This document shows positions 36,821 through 44,798 of a stretch of DNA of 64,000 bases, in pieces (the first letter of the stretch is position 1; each line of letters opens with the position of its first letter). The stretch lies in NCBI GenBank assembly GCA_004558115.1, contig SFDT01000002.1, positions 8,263-72,262 of the forward strand. The letters are read 5' to 3'. The stretch comes from Clostridiales bacterium (lineage in GTDB: Bacteria; Bacillota; Clostridia; Oscillospirales; Oscillospiraceae). The notes beneath the pieces were generated by a model, which saw only the letters and a program-made list of their open reading frames with translations, searched no databases and was not told where the DNA came from. A program made the translations under genes and the position numbers.

Positions 36821-36865
36821 AAAAAAGAAAAACACGCAAGAAGCCTTTTGGCTTTTTGCGTGTTT
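36821..36865 (-). terminator. Terminator after the GntR gene
   Basis: Minus strand AAACACGCAAAAAGCC-AAAA-GGCTTCTTGCGTGTTT followed by a T-tract. Confidence 0.75.
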
Positions 36866-36875
36866 CTGCAAAAAA

Positions 36876-37556
36876 TCAAAGATTTAGAGGTGGAGAAGCC
36901 TGATTTTTCAGAATATACAGCACGTTTTTCTTTGCGACATCCAAGTGTGTCTGCAAAATGGACGAGGCCTTTTCCGTGTCCCGCGCCAGCATTCCGTCAA
37001 TGATGCCGATATGCTCCGCGATGGAATCCTCGTAGCGCTGCCGGGTGCTGAGGGAAAACAGGCGGACCGGCTGCAAATAGCCGTATACCCGGTCCGTGAG
37101 GTCCTTGAGGAATTGGTTTCCGGAATAGATGATGATGCAGTTATGGAGCTCAATGTCCAGCCGGACATAGGCGTCCATGTCCGTATATGTGCGGAAGGGT
37201 TCAAATTTGGCGCGCAGCTCCAACAGGCAGCGGTCCTGCTCCTGGGTCAGCCGCGGGATGGCGCTGCGCAGGGCAAACTGCTCCAAAAGGCTCCGTACCT
37301 GGAAGATATCCTCCACATTGCTGGGAGTCAAAACCTTGACAAAAAGCCCCTTTCCGGAGCCGCTTTCCAGAAGGCCGTCGTCCTTCAGCGTCTTCAGCGC
37401 CTCCCGGACGGGGGTCCTGCTGACCTGAAACAGTTCAGCCAGCTCGCTTTCCTGCAATTTCGTTCCCTGGGGAATCTGGCCGCTGACGATCATGGATTTG
37501 ATGCCGTCGTAGACCTGGTCCCGCACAGAGCGGATCTTGGGTACGGCTAGATCCAT
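36876..37556 (-). CDS. GntR-family regulator (FCD domain)
   Basis: LQESELAELFQVSRTPVREALKTL; EHIGIIDGM. Confidence 0.92.
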   Translation of the reverse strand: MDLAVPKIRSVRDQVYDGIKSMIVSGQIPQGTKLQESELAELFQVSRTPVREALKTLKDDGLLESGSGKGLFVKVLTPSNVEDIFQVRSLLEQFALRSAIPRLTQEQDRCLLELRAKFEPFRTYTDMDAYVRLDIELHNCIIIYSGNQFLKDLTDRVYGYLQPVRLFSLSTRQRYEDSIAEHIGIIDGMLARDTEKASSILQTHLDVAKKNVLYILKNQASPPLNL

Positions 37557-37718
37557 CCTCGGTCCTCCTTTTCATTTTTTGTACATATTATACCTGCGGC
37601 GTGCCTCCATTTCAAGAAAATAGTTGTATGAAACGATGAAATATGATAAAGTAACATATGTATTAAAAGCATGGATGCAATGTCCAACTTGATAAAGAAG
37701 GGTAAAGAGGTGATTTGT

Positions 37719-38435
37719 GTGGCCGGGAATCCCATTCAGCAGCCGCGGCGGAAAAGTTTGTCCCGTCAAGTCATGGAATCCATTGAGAAGCTGATCCTGG
37801 AGCAGGATCTGAAGCCGGGCGATGTGCTCCCAACGGAAACGCAGATCTCGGAGACACTGCAGGTCAGCAAAAGCAGCGTCCGGGAGGCAGTCAAAATGCT
37901 GGAGGCCCTGGGCGTTGTGGAGATCCGGCGGGGATTGTGCACGGTCATCAGTGCCAACCCCGAGCAGGGATATTTGAATGTGATGCTGTCTCATCTGTAT
38001 TTGAACAGCGGAAATGAGGAGGAATTGCAGGTGTTCCGCCGGACAGTGGAATCCGCTTATACGACGCTGGCCATCGACGCGGCGACGGAACAGGACTTGG
38101 CGGCGATCCAGGCGTCTCTGGCGTCATTCCGGGAGAAGATGCGGTCCGAACAGCTGACGGCGGATGACGATTTGGCATTTCACAGTCAGATCCTGCAGGC
38201 AACGCACAATTCCTTTATGATCAGCCTGGGCGGCGCCCTGAACGAGCTGTTCCGGGAGACCATCGGCATCTCTATCCGCTGTAATCCCGAGATCGCTTTG
38301 GAGGACCATGAAAAGATCTGCGCCGCGATCCTGGCACGGGATAAGGATGCCGCCATAGCGGCCATTTGGAAAAGTGCCCGTCAGTGGGCCGCCGCGTTCC
38401 GACTTCGGGAGCAGAACACCGACTCTGCTACCTAA
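37719..38435 (+). CDS. FadR/GntR-family regulator
   Basis: LKPGDVLPTETQISETLQVSKSSVREAVKMLEALGVVEIRRG; DDLAFH; DHEKI; GTG start after GAGGTG. Confidence 0.9.
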   Translation: MAGNPIQQPRRKSLSRQVMESIEKLILEQDLKPGDVLPTETQISETLQVSKSSVREAVKMLEALGVVEIRRGLCTVISANPEQGYLNVMLSHLYLNSGNEEELQVFRRTVESAYTTLAIDAATEQDLAAIQASLASFREKMRSEQLTADDDLAFHSQILQATHNSFMISLGGALNELFRETIGISIRCNPEIALEDHEKICAAILARDKDAAIAAIWKSARQWAAAFRLREQNTDSAT

Positions 38436-38455
38436 ATCAGAACAGAGTGCATATC

Positions 38456-38494
38456 AGGCAGGCTGAGGGAGCATTTCTCCCACGGCCTGCCTTT
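38456..38494 (+). terminator. Terminator-like hairpin after fadR
   Basis: AGGCAGGCTGAGGG...CCCACGGCCTGCCTTT. Confidence 0.6.
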
Positions 38495-38526
38495 GCAAAT
38501 TTTGGGGAGCCTGTCTGAAAATGCTC

Positions 38527-38577
38527 TTGACATTTGGGCGGCGCATGATATACTTAACACATCAGATGTCTTATGTC
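38527..38577 (+). promoter_or_regulatory. Promoter plus operator copy 2 upstream of the ilvC-like gene
   Basis: TTGACA-16bp-TATACT (extended -10 TG) followed by ACATCAGATGTCTTATGTC at 38559-38577. Confidence 0.75.
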
Positions 38578-38623
38578 ACAGGGCGGAATTAAATTTATGA
38601 GCAAAGTGAAGGAGGATCTTCCT

Positions 38624-39622
38624 ATGGGAAAGGTTTATTATGACCGCGACGGGCACATTGAGGCGATCCAGGACAAGGTGATCGCGATTATCGGCTATGG
38701 CAACCAGGGCCGCTCCCAGGCGCTGAATATGCGGGATTCTGGTGTGAAGCACATTATCGTCGGCAGCATCCATGACAGTTCCTGGAACACCGCTAACGAG
38801 GATGGCTTTGAGACCTACTCCATCGCGGACGCCGCGAAGAAGGCGGATGTGGTCTTCCTGCTGCTGCCGGATGAAGTGGCGCCTGAGATCTATGAGCGCG
38901 ATATCGCCCCCAACCTGCACCCCGGTGCCGCCCTGAACTTTGCTTCCGGCTATAACATCACCTATGGCTTTATCAAGCCCGCTGCGGATCTGGATGTCAT
39001 CATGGTGGCGCCCCGTATGATCGGCAAGGGCGTCCGCGAGACCTATGAGAACGGTACCGGCTTCCCCACCTTCGTGGTCATCAACCAGGATGCCACCGGC
39101 CATGCCCAGGAGATCGCGGTGGGTCTGGCCAAGGCGCTGGGCTCCACGAAGGCCGGCGCCATTGAGGTGACCTTCAATGACGAGACCTATCTGGACCTGA
39201 TGAGCGAGCAGGCTATCTGGCCCCTGATCATGAACGTGTTTGTGACGGCCTTTGATTTCTTCCAGGAGAAGGGCCTGCCCGCCGAGGCGATCCTGACGGA
39301 GATGTACATGTCCAAGGAGCCCATGGTCATGATGGAAAAGATGGCGGACATGGGCCTGTTCAAGCAGCTGCCTCTCCACAGCCGCACCAGCCAGTACGGC
39401 CAGATGTCCCGCTTCAAGATGGTGGACAATACCTCCATGCGGGCATTCATCGAGGAGCAGTACAACCACATTGTCGACGGCAGCTTCGCCCGGGAGTGGG
39501 AGGAAGTCAAGGCCGACGGTATGAAGAAGTTCGACGAGCTGCGGGCTGAGACGGAAAAGCTGCCCATCTCCATTGTGGAGGCCGAGGTCCGCAAGAACCT
39601 CTCCGGCGGCAAGGAAGACTGA
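38624..39622 (+). CDS. ilvC: Ketol-acid reductoisomerase family protein (divergent IlvC paralogue)
   Basis: IAIIGYGNQGRSQALNMRDSG; LLPDE; DVIMVAPR; ETYLDLMSEQ; ATG at 38624 after AGGAGG (upstream ATGs possible). Confidence 0.8.
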   Translation: MGKVYYDRDGHIEAIQDKVIAIIGYGNQGRSQALNMRDSGVKHIIVGSIHDSSWNTANEDGFETYSIADAAKKADVVFLLLPDEVAPEIYERDIAPNLHPGAALNFASGYNITYGFIKPAADLDVIMVAPRMIGKGVRETYENGTGFPTFVVINQDATGHAQEIAVGLAKALGSTKAGAIEVTFNDETYLDLMSEQAIWPLIMNVFVTAFDFFQEKGLPAEAILTEMYMSKEPMVMMEKMADMGLFKQLPLHSRTSQYGQMSRFKMVDNTSMRAFIEEQYNHIVDGSFAREWEEVKADGMKKFDELRAETEKLPISIVEAEVRKNLSGGKED

Positions 39623-39646
39623 GCACTTCGCATACAACTATAAAGT

Positions 39647-39692
39647 AAACTCCGGCGGCTGTCATGAGAAGTGACAGCCGCCGGAGTTTTTT
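39647..39692. terminator. Bidirectional terminator
   Basis: AAACTCCGGCGGCTGTCA...TGACAGCCGCCGGAGTTTTT. Confidence 0.85.
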
Positions 39693-39704
39693 CGTGGGAG
39701 CCTT

Positions 39705-40367
39705 TTAAATGGACAGAACTTCTCCGGGACGCAGGACCTTGGCCTGGAAGCCCGCCGCCTGTACCGCGGCGGCAAACGCCTCCGGGTCCTGGGCGATGGG
39801 GGGGAAGGTGTCGTAATGCATGGGGACGGTCAGCTTGGGGTGGATCATCTTCACCGCCCGCAGAGCATCCGCCGGACCCATGGTGAACACGTCGCCGATG
39901 GGCAGCAAAGCCACATCGATGTCCTCATCTGCCAGAAGGGCCATGTCCGTCATGAGGGCGGTGTCACCGGCGTGGTAGATTTTTTTGCCGCCCATCTCAA
40001 AAATAAAGCCGCAGGACAGGCATCCCGGCACACCGCTGCCGTGGATGGCCTGGAAGAACTTGGCGGAGCCAAAAGGCAGGGGAATTCTGCCGCCCAGGTT
40101 GCCCACCTGGACCCGTACCCCGGCGGGGCCGAACACGCCGTCCGCCAGGTCCACGGTGCAGCAGACTGTGGCGCCGGTGCGCTGGGCGATGGCCACGGCG
40201 TCGCCGGTATGGTCGCTGTGACCGTGGGTCACAAAAATGAAGTCTGCCTCTGCCTGGTCTGCCGGCACGGCCGCCAGGCCATTGCCTGTCAGGAAGGGGT
40301 CCGTCAGTACCTTGTGGACGCCGTCATCCAGCAGGAAGCAGGCGTGACCTAAAAATTGCAGTTTCAT
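39705..40367 (-). CDS. UPF0173-like metallo-beta-lactamase-fold hydrolase
   Basis: LGHACF; DPFLTGN; THGHSDHTGD; YHAGDT; LLPIGDVFTMG; PMHYDTF. Confidence 0.9.
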   Translation of the reverse strand: MKLQFLGHACFLLDDGVHKVLTDPFLTGNGLAAVPADQAEADFIFVTHGHSDHTGDAVAIAQRTGATVCCTVDLADGVFGPAGVRVQVGNLGGRIPLPFGSAKFFQAIHGSGVPGCLSCGFIFEMGGKKIYHAGDTALMTDMALLADEDIDVALLPIGDVFTMGPADALRAVKMIHPKLTVPMHYDTFPPIAQDPEAFAAAVQAAGFQAKVLRPGEVLSI

Positions 40368-40467
40368 GTGTCAAACCTCCGTTTCAGTCACGGGTGTGGT
40401 CCCGGCGGTGATGTTATCATCAGAATAACAGATATTTTTCGATTTCACAACCCCGGGAAAGAGCACC

Positions 40468-41970
40468 TCAGGCTTGCAGCAGGCCAAGGCTGACCAGAAA
40501 CTCCCGGGCCACCTCGTCCACGCTGCGGCCCACCACATCCACCTGATAGGTCAGCTCCGCCATCTGCTCCGTGGGGATGCGGCCTGCCAGTTGGTTCAAA
40601 ATGCCTTCCAGTTCCGGATACTGCTTCAGAATATCTTCCCGTACCAGGAAGGCGCCGTTGTACTCCGGGAAAAAGCCCCGGTCATCCTCCAGGATCTTCA
40701 GGTTCGCCTTGCGGTTGAGACCGTCGGTGGCATAGACCACGGTCACGTCGAAGTTGCCGTTTTCCACGGCGGTGTATTTGAGGCCCAGGTCCACGGAAAT
40801 GGCGTCCTTGAAGTTCAGACCGTAGAATTCCACGAAGGGATAGTATTTCATACTGCCCTCCCGGGTAAAGAAGCCCTGCTCCGCGCCGAAGGTCAGCTGG
40901 TCCGCCACAGCCACAAGGTCGCTGACGGTCTCCAGACCGTACCGGTCGGCGATGTCCTGGGGGACCGCAATGGCGTAGGTGTTGTCAAAGCCCAGCTTTT
41001 CCAGCAGGCGGATATCGTGCTCCTCTCCGGCCACTTGGTTGACATAATCGTAAAGCGACATTCCCTCCGGCACATCCGTGGTGTCCAGTCCCAGGAAGGT
41101 AGTCAGCAGCGTGCCGTCGTAGGAGATCATCAGGTCGCAGGTGTGGCCGTCGCCGATGAGGGCCTTGAAGTTGTTCACCTGGGACATCTGGTCCCGGATG
41201 GTGACCGTCAGGTCCGTCTGGTCCTCCACCAGCATTTTCACCATGTGGTGCATCAGCTGGGTCTCGGAGTAGTCGCCGTCGTAAAGGGTCAGGTCGCCGG
41301 AGCTGCCCCGGCCATAGGGCAGCAGCAGGCAAAAGGCCAGCAGGATGGCGATGACGGGCACCCACATCTTCCGGGAGCCGCCCCGGGCCTTGCGCATCTG
41401 GTTTTCAAACCAGCCCATCAGCAGGTCCAGCACCACGGCGATGACCATGAGGACAGCGGTGGCGCCCAGCAGCAGCTTCATGTCCTCCACCCGGATGGCC
41501 TGGGTGATGACACGGCCCAGACCGCCGCCGCCCACATAGGCCGCGAACACGGCGGTGCCGATGGCGTTCACCACTGCGATGCGGATGCCGGTGAACACCG
41601 TGGGGAAGGCCAGGGGAAATTCCACCATCAATACCCGGTAGGGCTTGCTCATGCCCATGCCCCGGGCCGCTTCCTTCACACCGGGGTCCACCTCCTGGAA
41701 TCCAAGGCAGGTGTTCCGCACGATGGGCAGGAGGGAGTACAAGGTGATGCCGATGATGACCGTCAGCTTGCCGGGGTCCAGAAATACCATGATGATGCCC
41801 AGCAGCGCCAGGGAGGGGACGGTTTGCAGAAGGTCCACCACCCGCAGGATCACCGCCCGGGCCTTCGGGGACACGTAGGCCCAGATGCCCAGGGGCAGGC
41901 CCACGCAGACGGACAGGATGCTGGCCGCCAGCACGATGAACAGATGCTCCAAAATCAAGGACCAGCTCAT
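40468..41970 (-). CDS. Glycine betaine/carnitine/choline ABC transporter, fused permease and substrate-binding protein
   Basis: QTVPSLAL; EAARGMGM; GFDNTYAIAV; YATDG; LEDDRGFFPEY. Confidence 0.92.
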   Translation of the reverse strand: MSWSLILEHLFIVLAASILSVCVGLPLGIWAYVSPKARAVILRVVDLLQTVPSLALLGIIMVFLDPGKLTVIIGITLYSLLPIVRNTCLGFQEVDPGVKEAARGMGMSKPYRVLMVEFPLAFPTVFTGIRIAVVNAIGTAVFAAYVGGGGLGRVITQAIRVEDMKLLLGATAVLMVIAVVLDLLMGWFENQMRKARGGSRKMWVPVIAILLAFCLLLPYGRGSSGDLTLYDGDYSETQLMHHMVKMLVEDQTDLTVTIRDQMSQVNNFKALIGDGHTCDLMISYDGTLLTTFLGLDTTDVPEGMSLYDYVNQVAGEEHDIRLLEKLGFDNTYAIAVPQDIADRYGLETVSDLVAVADQLTFGAEQGFFTREGSMKYYPFVEFYGLNFKDAISVDLGLKYTAVENGNFDVTVVYATDGLNRKANLKILEDDRGFFPEYNGAFLVREDILKQYPELEGILNQLAGRIPTEQMAELTYQVDVVGRSVDEVAREFLVSLGLLQA

Positions 41971-42608
41971 TTGCCCACCTCCTTCTGCAGCCCGCGGGGC
42001 GTGACCTTCCTTTGCAGCAGGTCGATGACCGCTCCGAACACGATGGCGAGGATGGCCGCCGGGATGGCGCCCAGGAGGATGAGGGTGTTATTGTTGGAGG
42101 CAACGCCCTGATACACGAAATCGCCCAGGCCCTTCAGACCGATCATGGCGGCCAGCACCGCCCAGGAAACGGTATAAATGGCGGCCATGCGGAGCCCGGC
42201 GATGATGGTGGGCATGGCCAGGGGCAGCTCTACCTTTAAAAGGGCCTGGAAAGCGGACATGCCGCAGCCTTTGGCAGCTTCGATGTACCGCTGCTCCACT
42301 CCCAGGATGCCGGTGTAGGTGTTTTTCAGCACCGGGAACATGGCGTATACGCTGAGGGCCGCGATCACCGTGGGATAGACGCCGCCCCACCAGATATACA
42401 GCACGCCGATGAACACCAGTCCGGGGATGGTCTGGAACACGGAGAGCACCGGCAGGATGAGGCCGGACCATTTGGGGACCCGGGAGAGGAGAATGCCCAG
42501 CACCAGGCCCAGGGCAAAGCCGATAGCCACCGATACCAGCACATAGAGGGTGTGGATGCCGATATCCTTGACCAGGGCGGCACCGTACATGTCAAACAGC
42601 GCCCTCAT
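41967..42608 (-). CDS. Osmoprotectant ABC transporter permease
   Basis: FQTIPGL; EAAKGCGMS; VELPLAMPTIIAGLR. Confidence 0.92.
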   Translation of the reverse strand: MRALFDMYGAALVKDIGIHTLYVLVSVAIGFALGLVLGILLSRVPKWSGLILPVLSVFQTIPGLVFIGVLYIWWGGVYPTVIAALSVYAMFPVLKNTYTGILGVEQRYIEAAKGCGMSAFQALLKVELPLAMPTIIAGLRMAAIYTVSWAVLAAMIGLKGLGDFVYQGVASNNNTLILLGAIPAAILAIVFGAVIDLLQRKVTPRGLQKEVGK

Positions 42609-43717
42609 GACCCGGCCCCCCACAGGTTCTCCGCCACGGAGCGGGCCACGCTGGTCTTGGTGACGATGCCGGCGATGGTGTCATCCTCGTTCAGCACCAC
42701 CACGTAAGGCGCGCTGGAATCCAGCAGGTAGTCAAAGCTCTCCTTGGCGTCATCTCCCACCCGGGCGGTGCGGGCGGTCTGGCGGACCAGGGGCTCAATG
42801 CTGTTGAGGCCCTGTCCCCAGTGGCGGATGTCACCGATGGAAACGGTGCCGGCGTAGCGGCCGTCCTCGTCGGTGACCAGCAGGGAGTCCACGCTGCTGC
42901 GGGCCATGCGCTCGGCGCATTCCAGAACGCCCCGGTTTTTCTTGACAGTGACAATGTTGGTGCGCATGAAGTGCTCCACCGTGGAGGGAGCGGGGGCATC
43001 CGGCGCGTGCTTGCCCAGGAAATTCCGCACCAGGTCGTTGGCGGGATGCTCCAGCATCTCCTCGGGAGAGGCCATCTGCACGATCTCGCCGCCGGACATG
43101 AAAATGATGGTGTCCGCCAGCTTCAGCGCCTCGCCCATGTCGTGGCTGACGAAAATGACGGTCTTGTTCAGCTTTTGCTGGATATTTTTCACTTCGTCCT
43201 GAAGGGTCTCCCGGGTCATGGGGTCCAGGGCGCTGAAGGGCTCATCCATCAGCACGATGGGCGGGGAGGCCGCCAGGGCCCGCAGCACGCCGATGCGCTG
43301 CTGCTGGCCGCCGGAGAGCTCAGAGGGATACTTGTCGGCGTAGGCCTCCATATGTACCATTTTCAAAAGGTCCTGCACGATCTCCTCGCACCGCTGCTTG
43401 TCATATTTCAGCAGCTTCGGCACCACGCAGATGTTCTGGGCCACGGTCATGTTGGGAAACAGGCCGATCTGCTGGATGACGTAGCCGATGTGCCGCCGCA
43501 GCTCCACCTTGTCCTGGGTTTGGATATCCTGGCCGTCGATGGAGATGGTGCCGGAGTCGATGTCGATGAGGCGGTTGATGGTCTTTAAAGTCGTGGTCTT
43601 GCCGCAGCCGGAAGGACCGATGAGCACCACGAACTGCCCGTCGGGGATGGTGAAGCTCAGGTCCTTCAGAATGGGCGTTTTTCCGTAGCTTTTGGTGACG
43701 TGTTCAAACTGGATCAT
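42605..43717 (-). CDS. Osmoprotectant ABC transporter ATP-binding protein with C-terminal CBS pair (OpuCA-like)
   Basis: GPSGCGKTT; IGYVIQQIGLFP; LSGGQQQR; MDEPFSALD; CBS domains. Confidence 0.93.
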   Translation of the reverse strand: MIQFEHVTKSYGKTPILKDLSFTIPDGQFVVLIGPSGCGKTTTLKTINRLIDIDSGTISIDGQDIQTQDKVELRRHIGYVIQQIGLFPNMTVAQNICVVPKLLKYDKQRCEEIVQDLLKMVHMEAYADKYPSELSGGQQQRIGVLRALAASPPIVLMDEPFSALDPMTRETLQDEVKNIQQKLNKTVIFVSHDMGEALKLADTIIFMSGGEIVQMASPEEMLEHPANDLVRNFLGKHAPDAPAPSTVEHFMRTNIVTVKKNRGVLECAERMARSSVDSLLVTDEDGRYAGTVSIGDIRHWGQGLNSIEPLVRQTARTARVGDDAKESFDYLLDSSAPYVVVLNEDDTIAGIVTKTSVARSVAENLWGAGS

Positions 43718-43721
43718 TTCT

Positions 43722-44351
43722 TCACTCCTTTGCGCTGACCAGATGGTGGGCAGCCTCCGCCGCGGCGGGAGTGCCCACCAGAACGATGACGTCCCCGCCG
43801 TACAGCTCCGCGTACGGTCCCGGGGACAAAATGACGGTCTGGCCCCGGCGGATGGCCACGATGGTGCCGCCGGTGGACTGCCAGAATTTCAAGGCGCCGA
43901 TGCTCTTGCCGGTGACGGGAGAATTTTGAGGTACCGGCACCTCGTAGTTGGGAAGGGGCTCGCCTGCGGCGGCGAAGGTGTCCCGGCTCTTCACCAGGGC
44001 GGCGATGGTGTCCGCGATGCGGTGGTGGAGGTCGGTGGCCTCCTCCATCATGTCCTTCAGCTGCCGGCGCAGGACACGGACGTCGGCGCTCTCCTCAAAA
44101 TTTGCGATGTAGCGGCGGGCGCTGTCAGCGGATAGGACCACGGCGCCGCTCTGGGGCTTGATCTCCACTACCTTCATGTCCGCCAGCAGCCGCAGTGCCC
44201 GGCGGATGGTCTCCGGAGAGACATTGTATTCCGAGGCCATAACGGAGCGGCCGTAAATGCGGCTGCCCTCCGGCAGCTCTCCCTTGGAAATGCGGGTGGC
44301 CAGATCCAGGGCGATTTGCAGGTATTGGGAGAGAACGACGGACTGTTTCAT
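43722..44351 (-). CDS. busR: BusR-like regulator: GntR HTH plus RCK_C (TrkA-C) domain
   Basis: YLQIALDLATRI..GE...RIYGRSVMASEYNVSPETIRRAL; GKSIGALKFWQSTGGTIVAIRRG..ILSPGP. Confidence 0.8.
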   Translation of the reverse strand: MKQSVVLSQYLQIALDLATRISKGELPEGSRIYGRSVMASEYNVSPETIRRALRLLADMKVVEIKPQSGAVVLSADSARRYIANFEESADVRVLRRQLKDMMEEATDLHHRIADTIAALVKSRDTFAAAGEPLPNYEVPVPQNSPVTGKSIGALKFWQSTGGTIVAIRRGQTVILSPGPYAELYGGDVIVLVGTPAAAEAAHHLVSAKE

Positions 44352-44528
44352 CAAACATCTACCTTTCCAACCTATGGGTGTATGGGTCTATTATATACTG
44401 ACAACTTGATAATGTAAATTAAGATGGTAGTTAACTTTTTGTGAACAAATAAAAAAATAATAAAGAAATTTTGTATTTTCAGCCCTTTTCGCAAAAAATG
44501 ATGCTGATTTTGCAAAATTTGCAAAAAA

Positions 44529-44783
44529 GAACGGACGCTTACGCGTCCGTTCGAGCTTGTTGAAAAAGAGTGAACTGCTGGAAAGCGGGAAGGAAGATAG
44601 TTACGAAAGAAACCCAGGAGGGGTGTCCCAAGGTGAATTGCCGCGCAGCGGCAAGAGAAGGTGGCCTGGGCCATTCGTTTGAAATTTAAGTTTTTCAGAA
44701 CTTTTTAAGTGCTGAAAAACTTGTTCCTGCTGTCAAAAAGATTTTTTCGACAGCAGGAACGGACGCCTATGCGTCCGTTCCTG
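44529..44783. repeat. Hairpin-rich intergenic element bounded by direct-repeated palindromes (possible MITE/REP-like element)
   Basis: GAACGGACGC-TTAC-GCGTCCGTTC at 44529-44552 and GAACGGACGC-CTAT-GCGTCCGTTC at 44757-44780; internal hairpins at 44688-44722 and 44723-44760. Confidence 0.6.
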
Positions 44784-44798
44784 AAAAGGAAATCGACT

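Noticed and set aside
5429..38554. Similar promoter spacers GGGCGGC(G)GCATGA at 5438-5451 and 38536-38548
   Set aside because: Short GC-rich match between functionally unrelated genes; probably chance plus the extended -10 consensus
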